A DNA stretch of 64,000 nt from NCBI GenBank assembly GCA_951406725.2, contig OX597826.1, positions 17,360,001-17,424,000 of the forward strand. Reading direction: 5' to 3'. Positions 16,379 to 33,200 of the stretch are shown here, one piece after another. Numbering within the stretch: the first letter of the stretch is position 1; the number at the start of each line of letters is the position of its first letter. The position numbers and the translations under genes are program-made. Under the pieces are notes generated by a model. That model searched no databases. It was given only the letters and a program-made list of their open reading frames with translations, and was not told the origin of the DNA. The DNA is from Octopus vulgaris (lineage: Eukaryota).

Positions 16379-16446
<68 letters not shown>

Positions 16447-16816
16447 TATACATATATATAAAGACATTCATGCATATAGCGATTATATAGGAGTGCTTTT
16501 TTGTATGTGAGCGTTTGTACATGAATTTATGCGCACATACATACATACATACATACATACATATGCAGTCTTTATACATGTGTCTGCGCGCGTGTCTGCA
16601 TGCCGCCCTTTCTGTCTGCCTACACACCAATAATTTTAGCAACTCTTCCATGATTACAAAACGAAAAGGCTTCGCAAAGGAACTTGGCAATGAATGGTTC
16701 GCTGTTAAAGCTGCTTCATAACATTGAAGGCCATTCACTATTTAACAGAAGCTTGCTCTAAGGATTTCTTTGTCACTACCATCGATGAAAGCAACACGTA
16801 ATCATAGATCTTTTAC

Positions 16817-17326
16817 TGTCTCGGGAGACAATGGAGTTGCGCATAAAGTAGTCTAGTCCGGCTTTTACATTTCATGTCCTGATACATTTCCTGCTGCGGC
16901 TGTGTAGTCCTATCCTGGACAAACACTCCCTCTGGCAGGTACCGCAAATTTAGTCTTAGTCTTCTCGGTTTAAAATCTAAGACTTGTTTAACATCGTCTT
17001 CTGGGAACCCTGGCCTATTGCATATGAATGAATTTAATGTAGTTTTTCAAGGACTAAAATTGTAATGATTCTGAATAGAAAGTTGGCTATCTATCCCGTT
17101 ACATCCTTCGTACACGTCCTTCGTCATTATTTTCAGTTATATACAGAGATGGGTGAGAGGGAAAGAGGGGAGAGTGAGAGAAAGAGAGAGAGAGAGAGCA
17201 TATATAGGTTATAACAATTGGCACGTGTACGTCAACGTATAATTTAGCTATATAATTTTCCATATCTGTGTGTATACGTATAAACATATGTACGTGAGTG
17301 TGTGTCTATGTGTGTGTACATATATA

Positions 17327-17392
<66 letters not shown>

Positions 17393-17941
17393 GTGAAATA
17401 GAAAGATGAATAATCTTGTAGTAGATTAATCAAAAGTTTATATATATATACATATATATGTACATACATACATAGGATGGACCAAAATCATGCACCAAAA
17501 CAATTGATATTTTATTTATACTACATTATTGTTATTATTATCATTATCAATTTTGATCATCATGTACAAGTAGGTATGAATTTACCATTCTTTTATCTAT
17601 TTTATTCAATTTTAGAAAAATTGAACCATGTCTTTGCCAATTTCGGAGAGTATTGAACTTATTTTTGCGTGAATTTTGGCCCACTCTGTATAATATATAC
17701 TAATATTATATTCATAAAGAATTTGGTTATGATTACTCTTCAAAACTAACAATCATGTGTATTAAAAATTCTTTCCATATATTAATGATGGTTAGTTGGC
17801 ATCCTTTTTGTCTCGGGAGACAATGGAGTTGCGCATAAAGTAGTCTAGTCCGGCTTTTACATTTCATGTCCTGATACATTTCCTGCTGTGGCTGTGTAGT
17901 CCTATCCTGGACAAACACTCCCTCTGGCAGGTACCGCAAAT
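16817..17941. repeat. 133-bp direct repeat pair (16817-16949, 17809-17941), one mismatch
   Basis: TGTCTCGGGAGACAATGG...GGTACCGCAAAT occurs twice. Confidence 0.92.
17473..17688. mobile_element. Tc1/mariner-type MITE (diverged; sister of 23705-23934)
   Basis: Degenerate TIRs TAGGATGGGACCAAAATCATGCA / TGCGTGAATTTTGGCCCACTCTG followed by TA; internal homology to the second copy. Confidence 0.7.
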
Positions 17942-18048
17942 GTAGCGAAGACTGTTCCAATGATGTACACAATTTCAAACTAGCGGACGCACGTACACAC
18001 ACACAAACACACACACACACACATACATACATACATACATACATACAT

Positions 18049-18101
<53 letters not shown>

Positions 18102-18498
18102 TGCACACACGCACACACGCATACGCACACATAGTCCCACATGCTTGAACGAACCTGGTCAGGTGTGTGTGTGCTTATATATGTATGCATACATGTATAA
18201 ACATATTTATATAAATATATATATATATATTCATTTATACACACACATATGTATGCGTATGCACAGATATATTTACACATATAGATCTATATATATATAT
18301 TTACATATACGTATGCATACACATATATACATATGTATTTATATACACATATATATATATAAATGTATATATATATATATACATGTATGTATGTGTGTAT
18401 ACGTACGTGCGTATGTATGTATGTATGTATGTATGTATGTATGTATGTATGTTAGTGCGAGGGCATATATAGATGAGTTTACTTTTCAATGTTATGTG

Positions 18499-18536
<38 letters not shown>

Positions 18537-18839
18537 GATATATATTGCAGGCGTGGCTGCGTGATAAGAAATTTGCTTCCCAGACACACGATCCTGGTTA
18601 TATCATTTTATAAACCCCAGTATGGTGGAACGCGGTATTCACTTAAGTAGTGTTTTGAACACAGTAAAGAAACGGCCATATCCAAACACTGCCAGGCAAT
18701 TTCTGTTGTGTGTGTGTGTGTGTGTGTGGGTGTGTGGGTGTGTGTGTGTGTGTATATCCCGGATATGTGTGGATGCGGCTGATGCTGTGTTCATGCAACG
18801 TGCAGCAGCGTGTGCTCTAAATATATGATTACTGTATTG

Positions 18840-19155
18840 TTGTTTCAGTCAGTAGACTGCAGCCATCCTGGGGCATGAATCGATCTCTGTTAAGCCTGTT
18901 CCTTTATCTATCGGTTTTCTTTTGCTGAACCGCTATGTCACACTCAGATAAACACACCAACACCAGTTGTCCACACATACATATATATACATACATGTAT
19001 ACGACGGGCTTCTTTCAGTTTCCGTCTACCAAATCCACTCACAAGTCTTTCGTCGGCCCGAGGATATAATAGAAGACATTTGCCCATGTTGCCATGCAGT
19101 GGGACAGAACCCAGAACCATCTGGTTGGGAAGCAAGCTTCTTAGCACAGTCACGC
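18840..19155 (-). mobile_element. tRNA-derived SINE family B (CORE-like), diverged
   Basis: GACGGGCTTCTTTCAGTTTCCGTCTACCAAATCCACTCACAAG...GCAGTGGGAC.GAACCC. Confidence 0.8.
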
Positions 19156-19351
19156 TTTTCTCGTACAACAGTGTATGATGTATATGTATGAGTGTGAGTT
19201 TGTGTGTGTGTGTGTGCGTGTGTTTTATGTTATTTATAACCTTGTTACTTATAGCATTCGTGTATGCATACAAAAGAGTGTATAGCATGTAGTTGTGTGT
19301 GAATCATATTATTTATAGGATAGTGTGTGAGAGTGTGTGTTTACATGTATT

Positions 19352-19396
<45 letters not shown>

Positions 19397-19473
19397 TGCG
19401 CATGTGTGTGTATGTATGTATATGTATATATAGCAAATATCTATAGTTGTCTATGTTTATTGTAACAATGATG

Positions 19474-19543
19474 CAGGGCCGGCTCAAGGTATCGGCAACC
19501 GGGACAATCGCCCGGGGCGCCAACAACCCTAGGGCCGGCCCTG
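19474..19543. mobile_element. 70-bp hAT-like MITE
   Basis: TIR CAGGGCCGGC/GCCGGCCCTG; imperfect 8-bp TSD CAATGATG/CAGTAATG; GC-rich island. Confidence 0.65.
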
Positions 19544-20617
19544 CAGTAATGTATGTAGTATATATATACACTATGGCTGTGTGTACAGTGTATTGTGTGT
19601 ACAGTGTATAGGACAGTGTAAACTCTATGTTAGAATATGTATAACTGTATGTATATCGTATAGTTGCGTATATACTATATGGCTGTGCGTCTGTGTGTTT
19701 GTGCGTGCGTATGTGTAATTGAATGGCTACTTTTTATGTATATACGCTCCACACTCGTATTCACACATACACACATGTGCGCGCACACACACACACACAC
19801 ACATACACATATACACGCACGCACATACACACAAATATATGACTATGATTTAAAGAGAAAGCACCGCACACATTCACACACATATGAATACATATACACA
19901 CACACGCTCAAACCGATGCATGCATACAAACAATGAAAGCGAGTGACCACTCGAGCGGTTAGAAATAGGAGTCATATCTACTGCCTTTAAAAAGAAGGGC
20001 TTCTTGTCCCTGAATGTACATGGTCTGAAAATACAAAGCAAGCGGGGTGGTCACTGCTCATCGTAAACCTGCTCGGTCAGAACTCTTGTGAAGCGAAAAC
20101 GGTGCATATACATGTAAATATGGTTTATATGCGAATTTTGACATAGAGACATATCAAGACAAACATTGTGAATAAGACTGCACTTAGAAGAGTTAGAGTG
20201 GTGGTATATATTAATGGGACGACTGTAATATTTAAGTGGTTTAGCGATTAGTGAAAGATTAAGGGGTTATGTTCAGGAATTTAATTTAAATAAAGCTACA
20301 GATGCGATTCGAACTATAGACCGTCAACCTGGAAGGCCGATACACTACTCACTTGAATTGCAGTATTTCTTTTAATTTTTTTTTTTTTGACACAGAAACA
20401 CGTATATACACATACTTACACATCCAAGCATATACAATTATAAATACCTTTATACATGTGTATGTATATATATATGTGTGTGTGTGTGCATGTGTGTGTG
20501 CGCGTGTGTGTGTTTTCCACCTGTGTATGCTTATACATACACATGTGTATCAACACATACACATGTTTGTGTATACATATACATATATGCACAAACATAT
20601 ACAGCTACAAATGCACA

Positions 20618-20669
<52 letters not shown>

Positions 20670-21184
20670 AAAGGTCTTTTCAAGCATACATATAACTCCG
20701 AAGGACAATCACTCACACACACACATACACCTGAACGCACACACTTGTAATATAAAAATACACATCAAAATGGGTTTGCGAGTATTCCTAATTAGTAAGA
20801 AATTAAAATAATAAAATCCAAAGCTAAACCATTCATCTGAGTATATTACATTACGCGCAGAAATGTCGTTTAGCCTCAGGTAAGCGTTGATCAAGCAGAA
20901 CTATATTCCAAGGTGCTCCAATAGACCATCCCAACTTTACTACCTTTCTATATATTTTTAAAAAGTAATTTCACACCTAAGAAAGATTTGGCTGTTATTT
21001 CCAGCCCTAACCGATCAAGTGACCACTTAAAGTGAACCACACATGGCCATACTTATCCATATGTGGTGCTTATAAAACTTATGAAATTTGAGCATCTTTA
21101 CAATATACACAAATGTCCTGTATACTCACATCCATTATTACACGTAGACACATACACACACTTATAAGCACATATAGACCCAAA

Positions 21185-22831
21185 TACTGGTTTCAAATAT
21201 GAGGCCAGTTATTTCGGAGTAGGGATAGGTCGGCCACATTGACCCAGTTGTTCAACTGCTACTTATTTCATCGACCACAAAAGGATGAAAGGTAAAGTCG
21301 ACCTCGGTGGAATTCTGAGTCGGCCTCAGAACGTAAAGACGAACGAAGTGCTGCTAAGCACTTTGCAGGCGTGCTAACGATTATGCCAGCTCGCCACCTT
21401 AAATACGCCCAAATATTGGAATTATAATTGTCGTCATCGATATCATCATAATTATCGTTATCGTCATCGTTTTCAACAACCCGAAGAATGACAGAATGAC
21501 TCTGAATGAATCTGGGATTGTTAATATAATTTAGTTTCGTTCCATCATGCATCTTATCCTTAGAAGGTCGATTTGTCTTTTCTCTCGCCAAGTCCAGCAA
21601 AGTCAGTAAACCAGTAATAACATATAACACTGAACCTGTTTAAACAATGGTTCAGGCCTGATACATTACGTTCTGTGTTCAAATTCAGCTAAGGCCCCTT
21701 TTGCCTTTCATCCTTCTGGAATCGATAAAATAAAGTACCAGTTAAGTACTGTGGTCGATGCAATCAACTTGACCTCTCTTCTCAAAACAGCTAGTCATGT
21801 ACTAAAATGAGAATGAAATAATAATTCTTTCTTTCTGATATAGGCACATGGCCTGGAATATTTTAGAAGGGTCTAGTCGATTACATCGACCCCAGTGTTC
21901 GACTGGTACTTATTTTATGGACCTCGACAGGATGAAAAGCAAAGTCAACCTCGGTAGAATTTCATCTCAGACTGTAAAGACGGTCGAAATGCCGCTAAGC
22001 ATTATGCTCACCGCCTCATTTAATAATAATTATTATAAGAATAGTTTCAAATTTGGCCACAAGGGCAGCTATTAGGGTGGGGAGAGATGGGTCGATTACA
22101 TCGACCCAAGTGTTTCACTGGTACTTAATTTATCGATCCCGAAAGGATGAAAAGCAAAGTCGATCTCGGCGGAATTTGAACTCAGAGCACGAAGACGGAC
22201 GAAATATCTATTTCTTTACTACCCACAAGGGGCTACACACAGAGAGGACAAACAAGGACAAACAAACGGATTAAGTCGATAATATCAACCGCAGTGCGTA
22301 ACTGGTACTTATTTAATCGACCCCGAAAGGATGAAAGGCAAAGTCGACCTCGGTGGAATTTGAACTCAGAGAGTAGCGACAGACGAAATACCTATTTCTT
22401 TGCTACCCACAAGGGGCTACACACAGAGAGGACAAACAAGGACAGACAAACGGATTATGTCGATTACATCGACCGCAGTGTGTAACTGGTAATTATTTAA
22501 TCGACCCCGAAAGGATGAAAGGCAAAGTCGACCTCGGCGGAATTTGAACTCAGAATGTAACGGCAGACGAAATACCGCTAAACATTTCTCCCGGCACGCT
22601 AACGATTCTGCCAGATCGCCATCCTTTCTACTAAAGGTACAATGCCTGAAATTTTAGTGGGGGGGACAAGTTGATTACATCGACCTCCAGTGTTTCACTG
22701 GTGCTTAAATTATCAACTCCGAAGGGATGAAAGCCAAAGTCGACCCCGCCGGAATTTGAACGAAACACCGCCAAGCATTTTCTCCAGCGTGCTAATGACT
22801 CTGCCAGCTCGCCACCTTAATAATAATAGTA

Positions 22832-22899
<68 letters not shown>

Positions 22900-23147
22900 C
22901 ATTATTGTTATTGTTATTATTATTATTATTATTATTAGCCTTTCTACAAAAGGCACAAGGCCAGAAATTTGGTGGGTGGGGATAAGTCGATTACCTCAAC
23001 CCCAATACTCAGCTGGTACTTAATTTATCGACCCCGAAAGAATGAAAGGTAAAGTGGACCACGGTTAATTTGAACTTGGAACGTAAAGATGGACGAAATG
23101 CAGCTAAGCATCTTGCCCGCTATGCTAACGACTCCTTAGTAGTAGTA

Positions 23148-23211
<64 letters not shown>

Positions 23212-23420
23212 TAATAATAATAATAATAATAAGTTAGGTGGGGGAAGGAGAGCAATCGCAAAAACGGTATGGTGACTGTATTCGATTACGTCCCTTTTCA
23301 TTCTAAGTTCGGATCCCACTCGGGTGGATTTCACGTTTAATCGTTCCGGGTCGATTCTATAAAGATCCAGTCAAGTAGTAGAAATTGATGTAATCCACTG
23401 CACCTACACCACAATTTCCA
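21185..23420 (-). mobile_element. Cluster of ~9 SINE family A copies (mostly minus strand), including a tandem multimer at 22043-22620, separated by (TAA)n
   Basis: Repeated GATGAAAGGCAAAGTCGACCTCGG.GGAATTTGAACTC blocks at ~21285, 21930, 22145, 22330, 22514, 22727, 23042; plus-strand copies ~21660-21815 and 23250-23420. Confidence 0.88.
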
Positions 23421-23436
23421 TACGTTTTGTCTATAT

Positions 23437-23564
<128 letters not shown>

Positions 23565-23704
23565 TTTGCAGCGGTAGAATATTTGAGAAATATTTTGTGG
23601 GGATCCTATCAGAATATCCAATGGTGCCGTGTGATCGTAGATACTTTGCACGTCTGTAAGAGTGAGATACCCGTGCATATATAATACACACACACACAGA
23701 CATA

Positions 23705-23934
23705 CAGGGTGGGCCAAACCTCACGCACCAAAACATTTGACATTTTAATTTTTATTATTTTTTTATGATTATGATAACCATTATTATTCATTTTGTCCAC
23801 CATATCCCAATACGTGTGTATCCATCATTATTTTATTTTTTCCCATCCAATTTTAGAAAAAAAATTGAAGCGTGTCTTTGACAATTTCTGGAACTCATTG
23901 AACTTAGGTTGTGCGTGGATTTTGGCTCACCCTG
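23705..23934. mobile_element. Tc1/mariner-type MITE
   Basis: TA + CAGGGTGGGCCAAACCTCACGCA ... TGCGTGGATTTTGGCTCACCCTG inverted termini. Confidence 0.78.
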
Positions 23935-24198
23935 AATCTTGTGTGGCCGCGCGGAAATAGCGTGTTTAAAATGCATGCAAATAATCTTATACGTTTTCTG
24001 TGTCACAGTAAATGAATGGGTTTTAAGATCGTATTTGAATTTATTTAAACATCACATTTATTCTTAATCGTAGTTTCACGCCAAACTTCGGACGGAGTGG
24101 CTAGAAACTATTAATGCACGTCACTCCTCCAATGAGTATACAAGCACACGCTCGCATGCGTGCGTACACTGGCTCACCAACCTTCATACACACATAAC

Positions 24199-26580
<2,382 letters not shown>

Positions 26581-27110
26581 ACATATATGTACAGATGTAT
26601 ATGTAAGTGTGCGTACATATATACATATGTATGTCTGTGTTTATACGGGGATGCTTACACAGAGACACACATGCCCATGTATACACAAACACACACTATC
26701 ACAGACATTTGTATGATGTTTCTTTTAGCAAGTATAAAAACTTTAAGCTCGCATTTTAAAACACAAGGAAACACCCACAACAGACAATCAAAGCATTTAT
26801 AACAACAATATCAACAAGAATAATTTAAACATTTACAATAACAACAATAGCAATTTCTACAGGCTTAACAACAGACCAGGTATTAGCACACACACACACA
26901 CACACTCACACATATCATGCGTATATACTTCAATAAATACACACACACACACAAACACCCACATACAAACACACACACACATAGTCACATAGGTACACAC
27001 AGACAAACACAGATACGCACACAGAGTCACACACACAGAGTCACACAAACACAGAGTCACACACACAGAGTAACACAAACACGTCACACACGCGAATTAA
27101 GGGTACTGAC

Positions 27111-27210
27111 CGAGTCTGCGAGTGAGCTTTTGTCCGTAGACTATCCAGTAAGCACAGAGCAGCGATGCCAGTAGAAGGCTGCGACACAGACTTAGAGAAA
27201 AGGGAATCAT
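27111..27210 (-). CDS. Probable first coding exon (signal peptide) of a secreted or membrane protein; remaining exons not identified
   Basis: ATG at 27210, MIPFSLSLCRSLLLASLLCAYWIVYG/QKLTRRL: hydrophobic core, V-Y-G cleavage-type site, then phase-1 donor G|GTCAGT at 27110. Lies in a unique, GC-richer island. Confidence 0.65.
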
Positions 27211-27337
27211 TGAGGAATGCGATGTCGGGCCCGATGCTTTTTCTTCTTCTTCTTCGTCTTCTTCCAGTGTCTTGATATCCAACACAGCATCAGGAAATCC
27301 AACTAATGGTCAGAAAAGCACGTAAACACAACCGCAT
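27207..27337 (-). other. Two upstream ORFs in putative 5' UTR (27337-27290 MRLCLRAFLTISWIS*; 27290-27207 MLCWISRHWKKTKKKKKKHRARHRIPQ*)
   Basis: Read directly; overlaps TGATG and ATGA link them to each other and to the main ATG. Confidence 0.45.
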
Positions 27338-27454
27338 GTTTTTTGCCCTCCCAACAGACGCAATTTTTTTTTCCCCCTTAGCAGCAGTGATAGTTCGCTC
27401 TCCAGCACTCCTCTCCTTATCTGCTTTCCTTCTCTTGTTCGTGATGCTGTTCCT

Positions 27455-27494
27455 GCTGATGGTGCTGCTGTGGTGTGGCGCCGAGGCTTATATC
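27455..27494 (-). promoter_or_regulatory. Candidate TATA-like box and initiator for the 27210 exon
   Basis: Minus-strand TATAAG at 27492-27487 with a TCA about 33 nt downstream, ~280 nt upstream of the ATG. Motif only. Confidence 0.25.
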
Positions 27495-27837
27495 AGTTGT
27501 GTATGTATGTGTGTGAGTCAGTGTGCGTCTGGTGTGTCAGTCATAGAAGAGGGTGAGTGTGTGAGATTATGTGGCCTTGTTTGTGTGTTTGTTTTCTTCG
27601 AGTGTATTATGTGTTAGGATGTTTGCTTATAGTCTCTGTGCGTGTCTGTGTGTATGTGTGAACGTGTGGTTATTTTTATCTAACTTTATGCATTCCAGCA
27701 TCGCCATTGAACGTATCTTTCTCTTTCCTTTTTCTCTTCTCTGTCTCTCTCTCTCTCCCTCTCTCTTTCTCTCCCTCATGCACACACAAACACACACATA
27801 TACACATATACTTTCTCCCTCCTTCCCTCGTGCGTTT

Positions 27838-27896
27838 ATGGATAGATATATAGATGGATAGATGGATAGATAGATCGATCGATAGATAGATAGATC

Positions 27897-27990
<94 letters not shown>

Positions 27991-28015
27991 AAGATAGATA
28001 GATGGCTAGATAGAT
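27838..28015. repeat. (GATA)n microsatellite
   Basis: Directly visible. Confidence 0.95.
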
Positions 28016-28379
28016 TTATCCATCTACCTCACACGCACACACACACTCCTTCTTTCAACTTCGCTCTTTCGCTTCATAAATATTTACCTATATCTCTACG
28101 AATCTTCGTGCATGTATTTATTTATTTATTTATATATTCATATAACCATGTAGCGATAGGACACCATATCGATATCTCCTTTAACCAACCTTCTCTCTGT
28201 CTATCTACCCATTTATCCAACTACTACCTCTCGACTTATCGACCGAACTGTCAGCCCAAACATCTGCTTCGAAAATTCTCTGTATATCTATCTCTCTCTC
28301 TCTCTATTTGTTTTGTTTATCAGTTGCCCGCATACACACACATACACACACATACCACCGTACGCGCACGCGCGTTCTA

Positions 28380-28444
<65 letters not shown>

Positions 28445-28558
28445 TACACACACACACATGATGACAAAGAGAGTTGCAGAGAAACAATATTACATATATA
28501 TATATACACATACAATCGGGCACATATACACTTGTAAGTGTGTGTGTGAAATACATAC

Positions 28559-28681
<123 letters not shown>

Positions 28682-28699
28682 TATATACATTCTTTCATT

Positions 28700-29235
<536 letters not shown>

Positions 29236-29816
29236 ATATACATGTGTGTGTGTGTGTGTTATTTTAGATAGTGACAGGAGTGACTCAATGTCAGAGAGTT
29301 TCGTGTATGCCATCTATCAAACTTCGACATGTGGGATGCATTGAAACTGTCGGCACATGGGGCACCTTTGTAACTTTTTACTGGTTAAAAATAAAGCAGA
29401 TGTAAACTCGGACATTGAGTTTTATCTCTCGTTTGCTCTAAAGGATTCTAAACACGTGTGTGCGCATGTGTGTGTATGTGTGTGTGTGTGTCCTTGCATG
29501 TGTGTGTGCGTGTGTGTGTGCATGTGTGTACATGTGTGCGCGTGCGTGTGAGTGTGTGTCTGTGTTTATGTGTTTGTGTGTCTTTGTCTTCCTGCTCATT
29601 CCTCTGGTGCTGGATAAAAGCTGTTGCTTTGTTTACGTCCATTTAATGGAGTGGCTTGGCAAAAATAATTTAGAACTAAGCCTTTCAAGATGGTGTCACA
29701 GAATAGGCGCAGCCCACAAACTTACATGCACCCATACTCAGCGATGTGCATTTACATAAATGTGTGTGTGTAATAGATAGATACAGATAAAAATTCACAC
29801 ACACACACACATATAT

Positions 29817-29868
<52 letters not shown>

Positions 29869-29905
29869 GTATATACATATCTACCTGTATTTACATATAA
29901 TGATA

Positions 29906-29957
<52 letters not shown>

Positions 29958-29988
29958 AGCTTGTGTGTATGTAATATATATTCATGTG

Positions 29989-30022
<34 letters not shown>

Positions 30023-30114
30023 TATATATATATATATTCATGTATACATACGTTTGTGTATGAATTCTTAAATATATAAATATACATGTATATTCATATA
30101 TATGCAATGCATGT

Positions 30115-30147
<33 letters not shown>

Positions 30148-30180
30148 CATATATACGTAGATGCAGACAGACAGACAGAC

Positions 30181-30267
<87 letters not shown>

Positions 30268-30406
30268 CGCGTACACACACACAGTACATCGATACAATAA
30301 TGTAAACATCGCAAAATATCTTTAAAACATTGGTTTTTACGTAGTTCAATCATTGCCTGATATAGAACTCAATAGGGTGGGAGAGAGATATTTATAATAG
30401 CAGAGG

Positions 30407-30488
30407 TGACTTCTACTCAGAGTTTACCACAGGTTGGGCTGTTTTCATATACAGAGCTGTCGAGAGTGAAACTCTGAGTAGATCGTCA
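30407..30488. mobile_element. Small inverted-repeat element (MITE-like hairpin)
   Basis: TGACTTCTACTCAGAGTTT.AC ... GTGAAACTCTGAGTAGATCGTCA. Confidence 0.5.
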
Positions 30489-30517
30489 GTTTTAAGTATA
30501 ATATATGTATTTAATAG

Positions 30518-30682
30518 TCGCAGGCGTGGCTGTGAGGTAAGAAGGTTACTTCCTCACCATATGGTTCCAGGTTCAGTCCCACAGTATGGTATTTTGGGCA
30601 AGTTTCTTCTTGTATAGCTTTGGGCCGACCAAAGTCTTCTGGGTGGATTTGGTTGACGGAAACTGAAAGACGTTCGCCGTAT
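30518..30682 (+). mobile_element. SINE family B, 5' half
   Basis: GCAGGCGTGGCTGTGAGGTAAG...GGTTCAGTCCCAC...TTGGGCAAGT...GACGGAAACTGAAAGA. Confidence 0.8.
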
Positions 30683-30880
30683 ATCTATCTATCTACCTAT
30701 CAATTTAGCTATCTATTTATCTATCTATCTATCTTTCTATCTAGCTATCAGTATGTATGTATGTATGTATGTATGTATGTATGTATGTATGTATGTATGT
30801 ATGTATGTATGTGTGTATGTATCATATATATACATATATGCATATATACATACAGACATACACACACACATAGATATATG

Positions 30881-30924
<44 letters not shown>

Positions 30925-31186
30925 ATAACTTCGTGTTCTTAAGTTCTTTACTCTTTTGGCCTATCACATCTAAGGCCATGCTAGAGCAACCCCTTTCTCC
31001 ATCACCCTTCATATATGTTGTTTTTTTTATTTTTCGTGTCTATATTTTTGTTTCGTTTACTTTTTTGCTGTTTCGGTGGCTTTTTAAATATTTATAACAA
31101 TTCACAATTCCCATTTGTAATCATCTTTTAGCACCACCCACCTCTTCTCCTTTACCTTCATCTTTTTTAACCTCCTCTCTGTCTCC

Positions 31187-31226
<40 letters not shown>

Positions 31227-31301
31227 CACTCCTTCTCTCACTCTCTCTCTCTCTCATAGCGGATGTAAGTATATATGTGTGTGTGTGTATCTATATATAT
31301 G

Positions 31302-31332
<31 letters not shown>

Positions 31333-31553
31333 TTATAATATATGTATTATGATGTATTAATGTGGTTTTTACATATATATATATACATGTGTGTGTGTGT
31401 ATATGATATATATATATATATATATATATATTCATGCATACACATTATATGTATACACGTATGCACGTATGCATAGTTGAATGTTTACGTATTTTCCAAC
31501 CTTTCCATGTTTCACTTTCCACACTCGTTTCCTTACTTTTCTCTATTTGTCTC

Positions 31554-31601
<48 letters not shown>

Positions 31602-31901
31602 CCTTTCTCACCTGCATGCCATACACACACACACACCAGGCAAACATATAACTCATTACTCAACTTCTCTTCCCCTCTTAATCTTTCCATTTTACAATTT
31701 TCACTGCTCTTCCTCCCTCTCACACACTCTCCCCCCACTCTCTCTCCTTCTCTCTCCTTCTCTCCCTTCATTTCTCTATCACTTTGTCAACGTTGTCAAT
31801 GCACTATACTCTTTCTCCTCATCTCTTCATACAACTGAGTGAGACACACACACAGACAACATATATGATCCACCAGTCAGAGAACATTTTTTACTCTTTC
31901 T

Positions 31902-31959
<58 letters not shown>

Positions 31960-32021
31960 ACTTTCTCTCTCTCCATCTTTCTTTTCCCCCTCCTCTATTT
32001 CTTTTTCTCACTCTCACTCAC

Positions 32022-32071
<50 letters not shown>

Positions 32072-32649
32072 CCATCCTCTTTCTTTCTTTCTCTCACTCA
32101 CACGTCTCACTCATAGTTGGTCATTTTGTTTCTGCTAACCTGCTTCTCTCTCTCTCCTCTTCTATTTCCTTTATTCTCTCTCTCTCTCCCTCGCCCTCTC
32201 TTGTTCCGTGTCTTCTTTTTATCTACCATTCTCTCTATTTAATTTTATTAGTCATATACTCATTGTTTCTCTCTCTCTCTCACTCTCGCGTCGCTCTCTC
32301 TCTCTCACACACTCTTATCTCTAACTCTTCTCCCTTAGCTCTCATTCCTCTCTTTGTCTCACTGAGACTCCCTCCCACCATTACCCCTCCTGTCCTGCAT
32401 CTATAGGTTATTATGGAGGGTCAACACTGAAGGTGACTACACTTCATATACACCCACATACATTATACTGTTTTTCACGAAAATACTTCTCGTTTGCTGT
32501 TCTCATCGCTTAAGACCAAATAACTACGTAATTTTCACCTTGCTAGAAATAACAGCAAATCTCCCTTTTATTACATACTTCAGTCCTAAAACTGAGAAGG
32601 CACATTGGATGTTGTAGTTCTGTGCTCATATCCGTCTCCTAGTCGGGCA

Positions 32650-33200
32650 ATGCAGTCGGTGGAAACTCCATCACAGCATACTTTAGGGGACCAATGACGA
32701 GAATCAACTAGCTGACTTGTTCCAGAGGACTGTCGGTCCAGACCTTATGGATAATTCCCAGAAGTCCTTGACCTCGTAGTGGCACCGGAGTATAGAAGTG
32801 GGGGCGATTGTCGGTTCGAGATAAACTCTATAGGCACTGTCAGAGATTATGCCAGCTGGGCTTGTCGTACTGCGCTCAAAGAGACGAAACCGCACTGAAT
32901 ACATTCGTCCTTGTCCGAGCATTGTCGACACACAGGTTTACGTTGAGCAACTGTTGTCATGTACAGGACAGATCGGGTTATCAGTTGAGTCCATTGTGAA
33001 AATCACCGTGTCGAATTCCTTTGGTTAAGAAGAGCAGGTGGTGTTTCTCTGTCTAGTTGCCAAAGTGGGTTGTGTGAGATAAGGCTTCTTGGACCAAGAC
33101 CTCATCAACTTTTTCCGTTTGACTAGAAAAGTAAAGTGAGGGTGAAGAGGGAAATGTTGCCTTCCAACGAAAATTGTTGAAAGGTGAATGAGAGAGGTGG
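32650..33200 (-). mobile_element. Possible decayed non-LTR retrotransposon AP-endonuclease fragment
   Basis: GC-richer island; weak remnants EKVDEVLVQE and VY..P resembling an APE N-terminus. Confidence 0.3.

Noticed and set aside
16323-16380. Short tandem AATGCGTTCGCC(TTCA) repeats
   Set aside because: Three to four slippage units only; no further structure.
21480-21640. Candidate second exon (AG|GT TCA GTG TTA..., GSVLYVITGLLTLLDLAREK)
   Set aside because: Phase-compatible, but no clear donor or recognisable domain; the frame runs into low-complexity and SINE sequence.
22043-22620. Regularly spaced repeats resembling a CRISPR array
   Set aside because: Whole ~185-bp units repeat without unique spacers; they are SINE multimers in a eukaryotic genome with no cas genes.
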